This document shows, in pieces, positions 36,766 through 48,532 of a DNA stretch of 64,000 bases; position 1 is the first letter of the stretch, and the number at the start of each line of letters is the position of its first letter. The notes beneath the pieces are model-generated. The model saw only the letters and a list, made by a program, of their open reading frames with translations, made no database searches and was not told where the DNA came from. The DNA comes from an uncultured delta proteobacterium (GTDB lineage: Bacteria; Desulfobacterota; Binatia; JACPRU01). Where the stretch lies: NCBI GenBank assembly GCA_963745025.1, contig CAVUWD010000002.1, positions 214,736 through 278,735 on the forward strand. The letters run 5' to 3'. Made by a program: the position numbers and the translations under genes.

Positions 36766-37193
36766 GGCGAGCGCTCTCCGTAGACTTGGTAGAGCATCCA
36801 GTAGACGAGCACGCCGGTCACCGAGACGTACATCCAGATCGGAAAGGTGATCTCGGCGATGCGCCGGTGCCCTGCAAAGTCGGCGCGCCAGGCGCGATAG
36901 AGCGTCACGAGCGCGAGCGGTAAAACGGCGATCGCCAGCAAGACGTGAGACGCGAGCAGCGAGAAGTACACGGGCCGAATCCAACCCTGTCCGGAGAACG
37001 GCGTCGAGCCGTGCTCGGCGTGATAGACGACGTACGACACCAGAAACGCCGTCGACACGCCGAACGCGGCCACCATGCACGCGCGATGGCGCTCGATCTG
37101 CCGCCTGCGGATGAAGCCGAAGCCCGTCGCGAGCAGGATCGCCGACAGACCGTTCAGCGACGCGTTCAACGCAGGCAGGTCGGCGACCGTCAC
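36762..37193 (-). CDS. DUF420 membrane protein (cytochrome oxidase biogenesis-associated)
   Basis: LPALNASLN, HRACM, FLVSYVVYH, PIWMYVSVTG. Confidence 0.92.
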   Translation of the reverse strand: MTVADLPALNASLNGLSAILLATGFGFIRRRQIERHRACMVAAFGVSTAFLVSYVVYHAEHGSTPFSGQGWIRPVYFSLLASHVLLAIAVLPLALVTLYRAWRADFAGHRRIAEITFPIWMYVSVTGVLVYWMLYQVYGERSP

Positions 37194-37315
37194 GAAGCCG
37201 CCTCGACCACGGAGACGCCGAGCGATGCGAGGTTGCCGAGGACGCATTCGATCCACTCGGTCGAAGAATGGTCGTTCAAAGAAGCATCGTGCAAAGAAGA
37301 TTTCGCGCTGTTCAT
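37190..37315 (-). pseudogene. 41-aa ORF overlapping both neighbours; possible collapsed SCO-type gene
   Basis: ATG overlaps the subunit III stop and TGA overlaps the DUF420 GTG; identity inferred from position only. Confidence 0.35.
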
Positions 37316-37929
37316 CGCAGGCCGAGATACACGAACGGGAAGATCACCGCCCAGACCGCACTCACGTAATACCAGTAGATCGCTCCCAGCTCGACGGGGA
37401 GGTGGCGCTCGACCGTGAAGCGCCCCTGACGGGCACCGACCAGCAAAATGACGAGCCAGACGACCGCGCCCAAAACGTGCAGCGCGTGGCAGCCGATCAG
37501 CGCGAAGAAGGTCGCACCGTAGGGACCGCTGGAGGCGCGGAGTCCGGCGCCGACGAGCCGTACCCACTCGGAGCCTTGGATGGCGAGGAAGCCGATGCCG
37601 AGGAGCGTCGCCAGGGCGAGAGAGCGAGCGAAGCTCGCGGCATCGCCGCCGCGCACGGCCCGCAACGACTGCGCGATCGGCATCGTGCTCGAGAAGAGAA
37701 GCAGCGTGTTCGCCGCCGTCACGGCGACTGGCAAGCGCGGCAGCCCGAGCGGCGGCCATCGGTCGGCACGCCAGCGGAACACGGCGAGTGCGCCGAGAAG
37801 CCCCATGAACAACATCGATTCGCTCCCCAGAAAGAGCAAAAGGCCGAACCGCGCGATGGCTCGGTTCGACGCGGACGCGGAGAGGCCGGGCGCCCTCGAT
37901 TGCGCCAGGATCGATGGCGTGCCCTTCAA
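37312..37929 (-). CDS. Heme-copper oxidase subunit III family protein
   Basis: FLGSESMLF, NTLLLFSS, QGSEW, GCHALHV, YWYYV. Confidence 0.88.
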   Translation of the reverse strand: MKGTPSILAQSRAPGLSASASNRAIARFGLLLFLGSESMLFMGLLGALAVFRWRADRWPPLGLPRLPVAVTAANTLLLFSSTMPIAQSLRAVRGGDAASFARSLALATLLGIGFLAIQGSEWVRLVGAGLRASSGPYGATFFALIGCHALHVLGAVVWLVILLVGARQGRFTVERHLPVELGAIYWYYVSAVWAVIFPFVYLGLR

Positions 37930-37936
37930 CCCTTGC

Positions 37937-38839
37937 CTACAGCTTGTCCGCGGCCATGATCGCCAACAGCGTCGGCAGGTAGACGAGTGAGGCGAACAGC
38001 AGCCGTCGGGCGTCGCCGAGCGCTTGGGTGCGCGCGAGCTGAACGGAGAAGCCGAGCAGCATCAGGCCGAGGGCCAGCGCGGAGCAAAAGTAGAGCCCAC
38101 CGCTCAATCCGACGAGCGTCGGCAGCAACGCGACGCTCAGCAGTGCCGCGCTGTTCACCACGGTCTGTCGACCGGTCGCGCCGCCATCCGGGTCGATCAC
38201 CGGCAACAGACGAATCCCGGCGCGCGCATAGTCGTCGCGGTACATGTGTGCGATCGCTAGCGAATGCGGCAGCTGCCAGAGGAACAGAATCGCGAAGAGG
38301 ACCCACGCACCGACGTCGAGCTGTCCCGTCGCGGCGGCCCAGCCGGCAACCGGCGGGAGTGCCCCGGGCACGGCGCCGATGGGGCTGCAGAAGGGCGTCC
38401 AGCGCTTCATCGGCGTATACAAGAAGAGATACGAGGCGGTCGTGGCCGAGGTCACCAGCGCGGCGAGCGATCCCACGGTGCAGGCTTGGTAGACGATTCC
38501 GAACCCCGCCACCAGGCTTCCGAACAGCAGCGCCTCATTCGGCTCGAGCTTGCCCGCGGGAAGCGGCCGCGAGCGGGTGCGGAGCATGATCGCGTCGAGG
38601 TCGCGCTCGAGGTACTGGTTCAAGGCCAGCGTGCCCGCCGCGGCGAGCGCGGTGCTCGCCAGGGTATGGAACAGGAGCCACGCGTCCGTCGGCCCGCGCG
38701 AGCCGAGATAGAACCCGACGAGCGTCGTCACGACGATCATCCCGACCACGCGAGGCTTGGAGAGGTCGACGTAGGCGAGCATGCGGCGTGCCCCGGCGAC
38801 GCGGACCGCAACGAACGGTGCCTCCCGCGCGGGGATCAT
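37937..38839 (-). CDS. ctaB: Heme O synthase (protoheme IX farnesyltransferase)
   Basis: LSKPR, NQYLERDLDAIMLRTRSRPLP, YTPMKR, WQLPH, DDYARAG. Confidence 0.95.
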   Translation of the reverse strand: MIPAREAPFVAVRVAGARRMLAYVDLSKPRVVGMIVVTTLVGFYLGSRGPTDAWLLFHTLASTALAAAGTLALNQYLERDLDAIMLRTRSRPLPAGKLEPNEALLFGSLVAGFGIVYQACTVGSLAALVTSATTASYLFLYTPMKRWTPFCSPIGAVPGALPPVAGWAAATGQLDVGAWVLFAILFLWQLPHSLAIAHMYRDDYARAGIRLLPVIDPDGGATGRQTVVNSAALLSVALLPTLVGLSGGLYFCSALALGLMLLGFSVQLARTQALGDARRLLFASLVYLPTLLAIMAADKL

Positions 38840-39846
38840 CCCGAAGCTCGTTGCGGCAGAGACCTCGCGGCCCACTCCGGCGAGGCTTGCCGGACGCGAC
38901 GGCTGCGCAGCCCGAGCACGAGGCTCACGGCCAGAATCGCTGCTCCGACGGCCACGTGAGCGGTCGTCGGCAGTGCCGCCTTGCGGGTCCAGATGATCGA
39001 TGCACCGAGCGAGAGCTGGATCACCACCAGGACGAGCAGCAGTATGGCCGGGCGCACTCGTCGCGGATCGCGGCGATGCGCTTGAAAGACGCGCGCCGCG
39101 GTGGCGAGCGCGAGCCCCGAAACGATCACCGCGCCGACACGGTGGGCGAAGTGAATGGCGACGCCGAATGAGGCCAACTCGGGCACGAGCCTGCCGTAGG
39201 CGAGGGGAAAATCCGGGATCGCGAGGCCGGATCCCGTGTGCCGCACCACCGCGCCGAGGAGGAGCTGGCAGTAGACGGCGGCCGTGGTGCCGATGCTCAG
39301 CCAACCGAGCCAAGGGTCTATGTCGTGCTCGGCTGGGGTCGAGAGCCAGTCCTTACCGGTGATCAACGCGAGTGCCACGACGAGGCAGAAAAACGCCTGG
39401 GCGAGAGCCGCGTGCGAGACCGAAACGGCGGTCGGCAGACGGAGCAGCACGGTGACGCCTCCGAGCAGCGCCTGAAGCAGGATCACCGAGAGCGCCGCCA
39501 CCCCGAGACGGCGCACCGAGCGACGAGGTTCTTCCCGCAAGGTCCAGATCGCCAGCGCGGCCGTGAGGGCCGCCACGGTGGCCGCGACCATCCGGTGTCC
39601 GTGTTCGTAGCGAACCCCGCCGACCATGGGCGGGAAGAACTGCCCGTACGACAGCGGCCAATCGGGCACCGAGAGGCTCGATCCCGTGCTGGTGACGAGC
39701 CCGCCGACGAAGATCAGCACGAAGGTCGCGGCGGCGGTGAATTGCGCGAAGCGATGCCGCCAGCGAAAGAAGCCAGGAGGGGAGTTGAATTCGAAGGGAT
39801 TCCCGAACGGAGAAGAATTTTCGGGAAGCCGACTGGTCACGACCAT
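38836..39846 (-). CDS. ctaA: Heme A synthase (COX15/CtaA)
   Basis: GGLVTSTGS...PDWP, EHGHR, HAALAQ, HFAHR, AHV heme-ligand histidines. Confidence 0.9.
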   Translation of the reverse strand: MVVTSRLPENSSPFGNPFEFNSPPGFFRWRHRFAQFTAAATFVLIFVGGLVTSTGSSLSVPDWPLSYGQFFPPMVGGVRYEHGHRMVAATVAALTAALAIWTLREEPRRSVRRLGVAALSVILLQALLGGVTVLLRLPTAVSVSHAALAQAFFCLVVALALITGKDWLSTPAEHDIDPWLGWLSIGTTAAVYCQLLLGAVVRHTGSGLAIPDFPLAYGRLVPELASFGVAIHFAHRVGAVIVSGLALATAARVFQAHRRDPRRVRPAILLLVLVVIQLSLGASIIWTRKAALPTTAHVAVGAAILAVSLVLGLRSRRVRQASPEWAARSLPQRASG

Positions 39847-39975
39847 CGATCTCGAAGTTTCCCGAAGTCCGGAGACTGCGGCGAAAGCTCGATTGAGTTA
39901 CCATCCGCGGCGGGTGTTTTCAACGCTTCGTTGACACGGCTTCGAGCCGTTGTTACCAATGAACAGAGGAAACCA

Positions 39976-40359
39976 ATGTCCGAGACTCACGTCCATGCCG
40001 AGCCCGCGCGCGGTGCGGCCTCCGAAGGGGGCTTGATCGCTCTCACCGACCTTGCTGTCGAGCGCTTCCGCAGCGTGATGGCGCAGGAGAAACTCGGCGC
40101 CGACTACGGTGTCCGGATCGCGGTGGCGAGCGGCGGCTGCTCGGGGATGTCGTACTCGATGAGCTTCGAGAACCAGGCGCGCCCCGATGACACGATCGTC
40201 CAGCGAGGCGGTCTGAAGCTTTTCATCGACGGCCAGAGCTCCCCGTACCTGCAAGGCGTGACCATCGACTACGTGGTCGGGCTGCACAAGGAAGGCTTCA
40301 AGTTCTTGAACCCGAAGGCGACCCGAACGTGCGGTTGCGGGGAGTCGTTCGGGGTCTGA
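39976..40359 (+). CDS. A-type Fe-S carrier (IscA/ErpA/HesB family)
   Basis: GGCSG...NP...CGCGESF; GAGG RBS. Confidence 0.94.
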   Translation: MSETHVHAEPARGAASEGGLIALTDLAVERFRSVMAQEKLGADYGVRIAVASGGCSGMSYSMSFENQARPDDTIVQRGGLKLFIDGQSSPYLQGVTIDYVVGLHKEGFKFLNPKATRTCGCGESFGV

Positions 40360-40378
40360 ACCGGCCGGCGCCGGCGTA

Positions 40379-41458
40379 ATGCCGTCGATCGCCGTCTACG
40401 TGTCGAGCCACGGTTTCGGCCATGCCGTGCGCGTCGCGGAGGTGGTCGCCCGACTCCTCTCGCTTGACGCGGGGCTGCGAGTACATGTCCGCTCGGTCGC
40501 GCCGCAGTGGCTTTTCCCGCGCGCCGATGGCCGAGTGCTCATTCATCGAGCGGCAAGCGACGTCGGCATGGTGCAGCCCCATGGTCTGACGATCGACTTC
40601 GAGGCGACGCTTGCGAGCCTCGCGGAGCTCGAGCGGAGCTGGGAGCGGCGAGTTTCCGAAGAAGCGGCGTGGCTCGACGAAACCGGAGTCGCGCTCGTGA
40701 TCGGCGACATTCCGCCGCTCGCGTTCGCCGCCGCCGACCGCGCCGGTTTGCCGAGCATCGCGCTCGGCAACTTCGACTGGGAGTGGGTGTACCGGAGCTA
40801 CGCGGAGCGTGACGGACGATTTGCCACGCACGCGCGGCGTGCCGCGGCGTGCTACGGCAAGGCACGCTATGCACTCCGTCTGCCGTTCCACGCCGACATG
40901 GACGCGTTCCGCTCGGTCGTCGATCTCCCGCTCGTCGCGCGGCGCTCGGGCTGCACGCGAGCAGAGGCGCGCGACCGGCTCGGTCTTCCGGCCGAGCGGC
41001 CCCTCGTGCTGCTCAGCTTCGGTGGCCTCGGCTTCACGGGGATCCGTGTCGAGCGCTTCGCGGAGATGCCGGAGATTCTCTTCCTCGCAACCGAGACATT
41101 TCGCGATCCACCGGCGAACCTCCTCTCTCTCGATCGGCCCGACATCGACTACACGCTGCTGCTGCGTGCCTGCGACGTGGTCGTCACCAAGCCCGGATAC
41201 GGCATCGTGGCCGCGAGCCTGGTCAACGCGGTTCGCGTTCTCTATACGGCGCGCGGCGAGTTTCCCGAGGCGCCGATCCTGGTCCGAGCCCTCGAGGAGC
41301 ACGCGACCGCGCGGTTCATCGCGCTCGACGACCTCGAGCAGGGCGCGATCCGAGGGCCCCTCGAATCGTTGCTCGGTCGGCCGGTCGGCGAGACGCGCCT
41401 CGCCGCCGATGGTGCGGAGCGCGTGGCGGAGATCCTCCGCCGGGAGGTTGCTAGGTGA
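40379..41458 (+). CDS. GT-B fold glycosyltransferase-like protein (arabinokinase N-terminal-like)
   Basis: SHGFGHAVR, GDIPP, NFDW, SFGG, TKPGYG. Confidence 0.75.
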   Translation: MPSIAVYVSSHGFGHAVRVAEVVARLLSLDAGLRVHVRSVAPQWLFPRADGRVLIHRAASDVGMVQPHGLTIDFEATLASLAELERSWERRVSEEAAWLDETGVALVIGDIPPLAFAAADRAGLPSIALGNFDWEWVYRSYAERDGRFATHARRAAACYGKARYALRLPFHADMDAFRSVVDLPLVARRSGCTRAEARDRLGLPAERPLVLLSFGGLGFTGIRVERFAEMPEILFLATETFRDPPANLLSLDRPDIDYTLLLRACDVVVTKPGYGIVAASLVNAVRVLYTARGEFPEAPILVRALEEHATARFIALDDLEQGAIRGPLESLLGRPVGETRLAADGAERVAEILRREVAR

Positions 41459-42120
41459 GCGCGCCTCGATTCGACGTCGTCCTCCTCGACCTCGACGGCA
41501 CGCTCGCCGACACGCGGCTCGATCTCGTCGGCAGCACGAACCACGTGCGGCGAAGCTTCGGGCTGTCGCCGCTCGCCGCGCACGAGGTGGCGCGACTGGT
41601 CGGCCATGGCGCCCGCGTGTTGGTCGAGCGCGCGCTCGGCGTGGAACGAAAGGAGCTCCACGACGAGGGCGTGAGACGATTTCTCGAGCATTACACGGAG
41701 CATTGCCTCGATCACACTCGACCGTATGCGGGCATGGCAGAGATGATCGATTCGGCTGTCCCGCTCGGCGTTCGTTTCGCGGTGATCACCAACAAGCCCG
41801 AGGCGCTTTCACGGAGGATTCTCGCTGGCCTCGATCTCCTCCACGACCTGGCTGACGTCGTCGGCGGCGACACCTTCCCGGAGCGCAAGCCCCATCCGCG
41901 GGGCGTCGAGCACTTGCTGACGCTCTGCGGAGCGGAGCGGTCACAGGCGCTGCTCGTCGGCGACTCCGCGGTCGACGTGGCAACGGGGCGGGCGGCGCGG
42001 ATCGCGATGTGCGGGGTGCTCTGGGGATTCGATCCCGAGGGGCTGCTCGCGAACCCGCCCGAGCTCTTGGCTCGCGACGCCGCCGAGCTCGGCCGCATCA
42101 TACGCGACGGCGCCGCGTGA
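41455..42120 (+). CDS. HAD hydrolase, phosphoglycolate phosphatase-like
   Basis: DLDGTL, TNK, KPHP, VGDS. Confidence 0.9.
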   Translation: MSAPRFDVVLLDLDGTLADTRLDLVGSTNHVRRSFGLSPLAAHEVARLVGHGARVLVERALGVERKELHDEGVRRFLEHYTEHCLDHTRPYAGMAEMIDSAVPLGVRFAVITNKPEALSRRILAGLDLLHDLADVVGGDTFPERKPHPRGVEHLLTLCGAERSQALLVGDSAVDVATGRAARIAMCGVLWGFDPEGLLANPPELLARDAAELGRIIRDGAA

Positions 42121-43300
42121 CGGTCCGATCGACGCGCCGAATCGTGCCGCTCGGCGGCAAGCGGAAGAGCGGGCCCTTCGGCTCGATGCCGCCGATCTCC
42201 ACGAGGTCTCCCCGCCGGAGTGACCTGAACGTCTCGGCCGCGGCTCCTTCGTCCCGCTTCAGCTGGCCGAGGACGATCCAGCGCCCCTCCGCGCAGAGAT
42301 AGACCCGGCGCTCGCCTTTGAGATCGAGAAGGTCGCTGACCACGCGCCATGTGGTCGAGGGCAACGGCGGGGGCGACTCGAGCGTCAGCACCAGATAGGC
42401 GAACTTGAGCGAGCCCTTGCGGAGACCCGTGCGGCGGTCGATGGTGCTCACCATCGCCGGAGGCTCCCAAGCGAGATCGGCGATGCACCAGTCTCGGTCG
42501 GCGGCGAGAGCGGGGCACGGCTCTTCGTGGAGACAGGGGGCCTGGACGTGGAGCCTGGTCGAAGCGAGCAAGCGGTCGCGCAGACGATGGAGATTTCGCG
42601 CCGTCTCTCGCAGCCCAGGTTCGATCAGGAGGATGGCGCCCTGCGGGGACAGCAGCGCCTCCGCCGCAGCGGAAACGACCGCCGCGGCTCGGTCCAGACC
42701 GTCATCGGAATCGGCGGATTCACGCACGATCTCGCAGATCACGTTCGCGGCGATCACCAGGTCGAAGCGGCCCGCCGCCGACGCCAGCGGGAAGAGATCG
42801 GAGCGCTCGGAGACGAGATCGAGCCGTAGAGGCTGAAACTCGATCGCGACCGGTGTGCGGTCGGCGAGGCGCCGGAGAAGCCGCTCGGCGTCCTTCAAGG
42901 TCTCGAAGGACTGATCGAGAGCCACCATCTCGAGCCGGCGCGGACGGTCCTCCACCGGAAGACCGCGCACGAAGTCGGCGAGGCCGAGCAGCGCGCTTCC
43001 CGGGCCGGAGCCGAGGTCGAGACAGCGAAGGCTCGCGCCGGCAAGACGGCCTGGATCTCGGCGCAGCCACTCGGCGAGCGGCACCCGGATCTTCGGCAGA
43101 TTGACCGGCAGGTAGTAGCGGAGGTAGGCGCGCCGAAGCTCGGCGGAGCGGGCGTACCCGCCGCGCCACGGGGCGCGTCCGACGAAGAGATCGGAGAGCT
43201 CGAGGACGCTCTCGGCGAGGCGCCTGGTGTCGTTGGGCAGCCCGCCCGCGACGTCTTCGATGATTCGCTCGAGGTCGGTCGGAAAGTGATATACTTCCAC
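42098..43300 (-). CDS. Rsm22/METTL17-family SAM-dependent methyltransferase
   Basis: AYLRYYLPVN, LDLGSGPG, IEPG, APCLHEEPCP...WC...KFAYL...LC. Confidence 0.82.
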   Translation of the reverse strand: MEVYHFPTDLERIIEDVAGGLPNDTRRLAESVLELSDLFVGRAPWRGGYARSAELRRAYLRYYLPVNLPKIRVPLAEWLRRDPGRLAGASLRCLDLGSGPGSALLGLADFVRGLPVEDRPRRLEMVALDQSFETLKDAERLLRRLADRTPVAIEFQPLRLDLVSERSDLFPLASAAGRFDLVIAANVICEIVRESADSDDGLDRAAAVVSAAAEALLSPQGAILLIEPGLRETARNLHRLRDRLLASTRLHVQAPCLHEEPCPALAADRDWCIADLAWEPPAMVSTIDRRTGLRKGSLKFAYLVLTLESPPPLPSTTWRVVSDLLDLKGERRVYLCAEGRWIVLGQLKRDEGAAAETFRSLRRGDLVEIGGIEPKGPLFRLPPSGTIRRVDRTVTRRRRV

Positions 43301-43362
43301 GATTCAGCTAAGAGTCGGTCCGGGAGGATCGCACCGGCTTCTCCAATAACCTCACGCGAGCG

Positions 43363-44621
43363 ATGAAAATCAACGCCGTCAAAGGATTTCGCGACATCCT
43401 GCCCCCCGAGACGGAGGTGTGGAGCCGTCTCGAGGACGATGCGCGGCGGATCTTCCGCGGCTACGGCTACGCGGAGATCCGCATCCCGCTCCTCGAGCGC
43501 ACCGAGCTCTTCGCCCGCGCCGCCGGCGAGACCTCTGACATCGTCGAGAAGCAGATGTACACGTTCGAGGACGTCGACGGGACCTCGCTCACGCTGCGCC
43601 CCGAGGGCACCGCCTCGGTGGTTCGCGCCTACATCGAGAACGGGATCTACGGGCGCGAACCGGTCTCGAAGCTCTTCTATCTCGGCGCGATGTTCCGCCG
43701 CGAGCGGCCGCAAAAGGGCCGCTTCCGTCAGTTCTACCAGATCGGCGCGGAGGTGCTCGGCCGCGACGACCCGCTCGTCGACGCGGAGCTCTTGGTGATG
43801 CTCAGCGACTATTTCTCGGCGCTCGGTCTTGTCACCGCGCGGATCGAAATCAATTCGCTCGGCGACTCGAGCTGCCGCCCCGCCTATCGGGAGGAGCTGC
43901 GCCGCTACGCGGAAGCTCGCCGGGCATCTCTCTGCGCCGACTGCAATCGTCGCCTCGAGACGAACCCGCTGCGCATCCTCGATTGCAAGGAGGACGCCGA
44001 GAAGACCCGCGACGCTCCGGTCATGATCGACCATCTTTGCGAGGCATGTACCGAGCACTTCCGGGCAGTCCGTGAGCGGCTCGAGGCCGAATCGGTCGCG
44101 GTGACGCTGAATCCCCGCATGGTGCGCGGGCTCGATTATTATTGCCGGACAGCGTTCGAGGTCGTGGCCGAGGGTCTCGGCGCACAGAATGCAGCCGGCG
44201 GCGGAGGACGCTACGACGGCTTGGTGGCGAGCCTCGGCGGACCCTCGGTTGCCGGCGTCGGCTTCGCGCTCGGCGTCGAGCGGCTGGTTCTCGCGCTGCA
44301 CGGCGTGGAGGCGGCGTCGGAATTCGACCTCTTCCTGGCGCCGCTCGGCGAGCGCGCCGAAGCGCGCGCATTTCGCCTCGCCCGCGCGCTCCGCCGGCGC
44401 GGGCTCCGTCTGGAGATCGAGCCGGGTCGCAAGAGCCTGAAGAGCCACATGCGCCGGGCCGCGAAGCTCGGAGCGGCGTTCGTGTTGATCGTCGGCGACG
44501 ACGAGCTCGCACGCGGTACGGCGGTGCTGCGCGACATGCGTAGCCAGGCGCAAGCGGAGACGCCGCTCGATCCATCGGCGATCCTGCGCGCGCTGCGGCC
44601 CAGCCAAACAGGGGGAGCGCT

Positions 44622-44625
<4 letters not shown>
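43363..44625 (+). CDS. hisS: Histidyl-tRNA synthetase
   Basis: LRPEGTA, RERPQKGRFRQF, RGLDYY, GGRYD. Confidence 0.98.
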
Positions 44626-46393
<1,768 letters not shown>

Positions 46394-46397
<4 letters not shown>

Positions 46398-47020
46398 GAT
46401 GGATCATGGTGTTCGGGTTGGTCGCCGCGGCCGGTTGCAGCCGCGCGCTGACTCCACCGCTCACGGTCTCGGCGAGGCACGATCTCCCTTCGATCCGGAC
46501 GCTCGCGGTGATGCCGGTGAGCCCGTCGCCGGCGAGCGCCGGCAACGTTCCCGCCGAGGCGCCTGCGCTGGTTGGCCGGATGCTCGTCGAGGCGGCCTCG
46601 CGCCAGACGTCATGGTCGGTGGTCGATGCGAAGCAGACGAGAGCGGCGCTCGACTCGATCCCGGCAGACAGCCTCGAGAGCCGCGCGGGCTCGCTCGCCG
46701 CCCGTCTCCGCGCGGATGGGACCCTGGCCGCGACGATCGCGGTCTACCGCGAGCGCGTCGGCAGCGCGTACGGCGTCACCGAACCGGCCTCGGTCTCGAT
46801 TCAGTTCCTGCTGGTTCCGGCGGGTGAGAAGCAGCCCGCATGGAAGGCGGACTATACGGTCACGCAGGAGCCACTCGCCTACAATCTCAGGAGCCTCTGG
46901 GTCGCGCGCGGCGGCCCGAGATGGCTGGCCACGGACGATCTCGCGCGGATCGGTATCGATGAGGCGGTGGGAAGATTGGCTGCGGCGGTTGGCTCTCCGC
47001 CGTCGGCAAACACCCCGTGA
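46394..47020 (+). CDS. Hypothetical lipoprotein
   Basis: Lipobox AAGC; YRERVGS...PASV; overlaps the aspS stop. Confidence 0.75.
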
Positions 47021-47135
47021 CGTCTTCTGCCGAAGGCGGATCGCCGACCGCCTCTGCTCGAAGACCCCTTTTGCCTCGAGATCGCCGTACTCCGCTTCGC
47101 TCAGGCCGGCGAGCTCGAGGACGCGGAAGCCCTGG
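47020..47135 (-). pseudogene. Possible relic of a CoA-transferase III (CaiB/BaiF) C-terminus
   Basis: Minus-strand RVLELAGLSEAEYGDLEAKGVF resembles the terminal helix of that family. Confidence 0.4.
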
Positions 47136-47245
47136 AGGGTTTCCCTCGGGCATCAAGTCCGCCGAGCGAATCGCCGCGGACATGCCCTTTCAAACGTAGA
47201 CCGGCCTTGGCAAAGCACTCCAGCCCATACGATACTCTTTCCTTG

Positions 47246-48532
47246 GTGAAGCGGCTCACGGTCTTGGTGTTCTTGCTCTTCGTCGCCGCGCCGGCAGCGG
47301 CGTCGCGGATCTATACGATGGAGGTGCGCGGTCCGATCTTCGCTCCGGTGCTCCAGTACCTGTCGATCGCGCTCGAGCAGGCCGAGCGGGGCGGCGCCGA
47401 CGCGCTGCTGATCGAGCTCGACACCCCGGGCGGCTCGCTCGACACCACGAAAGAGATCGTGCAGGCGATTCTCGGCGCTCCCGTGCCGGTCATCGTCTAC
47501 GTCGCGCCGAGCGGAGCGGGGGCGACCTCCGCCGGCACATTCGTGACGCTCGCGGCGCACGTCGCGGCCATGGCGCCCGGCTCGACGATCGGCGCGGCAC
47601 ATCCCGTGTCGATCCTTCCGAGCGACAAGCCGAACGAGGCGATGGAGAAGAAGATCGAGAACTACGCGGTCTCGTTCATCGAGGCGATCGCCTCGCAGCG
47701 CGGACGCAACGTTTCCTGGGCTGCCGAAGCGGTGCGCGAGAGCGCATCGATCACGGCCGAGAAGGCGCTCGAGAAGAAGGTCATCGACGTGATCGCGCCC
47801 TCGCGACAAGCACTGATGGCGGCGGTCAACGGGCGCGAGGTCAAGCTGCGCGAGACCGTCCTCCGCCTGAAGACTGCCGATCCGCAGTTTCACGAGATCG
47901 AGATGACCCGCGAGCAACGCTTTTACTTCTTCCTGTCGCAGCCGACGGTGATCTTTCTCTTTCTCGTCGGCGGCGCCGCCACGCTGTACGTCGAATTCAC
48001 GCATCCGGGCGTGATTGCCCCGGGCGTCGTCGGCGCGATCTGCTTGCTGCTCGCGGCGATCGGCTTCTCGATCGTCCCGGTCAATCTGACCGGCGCCGCG
48101 CTCATGGGTCTCGGTATCATCCTGCTCTTCTCCGAGCTTTTCGTGCCGAGCTTCGGAGCGCTTGGCATCGGCGGCTTCCTCTGCTTGCTCGCCGGTTCGC
48201 TGCTGCTGTTCCACACCGTCGAAGCCCCGGGCTTGATGGTGAATCGCGGTGTGATCAGCGCCACCGTGGTCGCTTTCGCGTCGTTGCTGCTCGGAATCGG
48301 CGCGTTGGTTGCGAAGAGCCAACGACGGCGGGTCGTTTCGGGCCGCGAGGCGATGATCGGTACGGTCGGCACCGTGCGGCGACGGCTCGACCCACGCGGC
48401 AAGGTCGCGGTGATGGGCGAGCTCTGGGACGCCGAGCTCCGGGGTGGAGGTGCCCTCGATGTCGGGAACGAGATAGAAGTCGTCTCGATCGAAGGATTGC
48501 GGCTGGTGGTCGTGCCGCACGGGAGGTCGTGA
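47246..48532 (+). CDS. nfeD: NfeD membrane-bound serine protease (long form)
   Basis: [22 protein letters not shown] region, C-terminal OB (GELW). Confidence 0.93.
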   Translation: MKRLTVLVFLLFVAAPAAASRIYTMEVRGPIFAPVLQYLSIALEQAERGGADALLIELDTPGGSLDTTKEIVQAILGAPVPVIVYVAPSGAGATSAGTFVTLAAHVAAMAPGSTIGAAHPVSILPSDKPNEAMEKKIENYAVSFIEAIASQRGRNVSWAAEAVRESASITAEKALEKKVIDVIAPSRQALMAAVNGREVKLRETVLRLKTADPQFHEIEMTREQRFYFFLSQPTVIFLFLVGGAATLYVEFTHPGVIAPGVVGAICLLLAAIGFSIVPVNLTGAALMGLGIILLFSELFVPSFGALGIGGFLCLLAGSLLLFHTVEAPGLMVNRGVISATVVAFASLLLGIGALVAKSQRRRVVSGREAMIGTVGTVRRRLDPRGKVAVMGELWDAELRGGGALDVGNEIEVVSIEGLRLVVVPHGRS

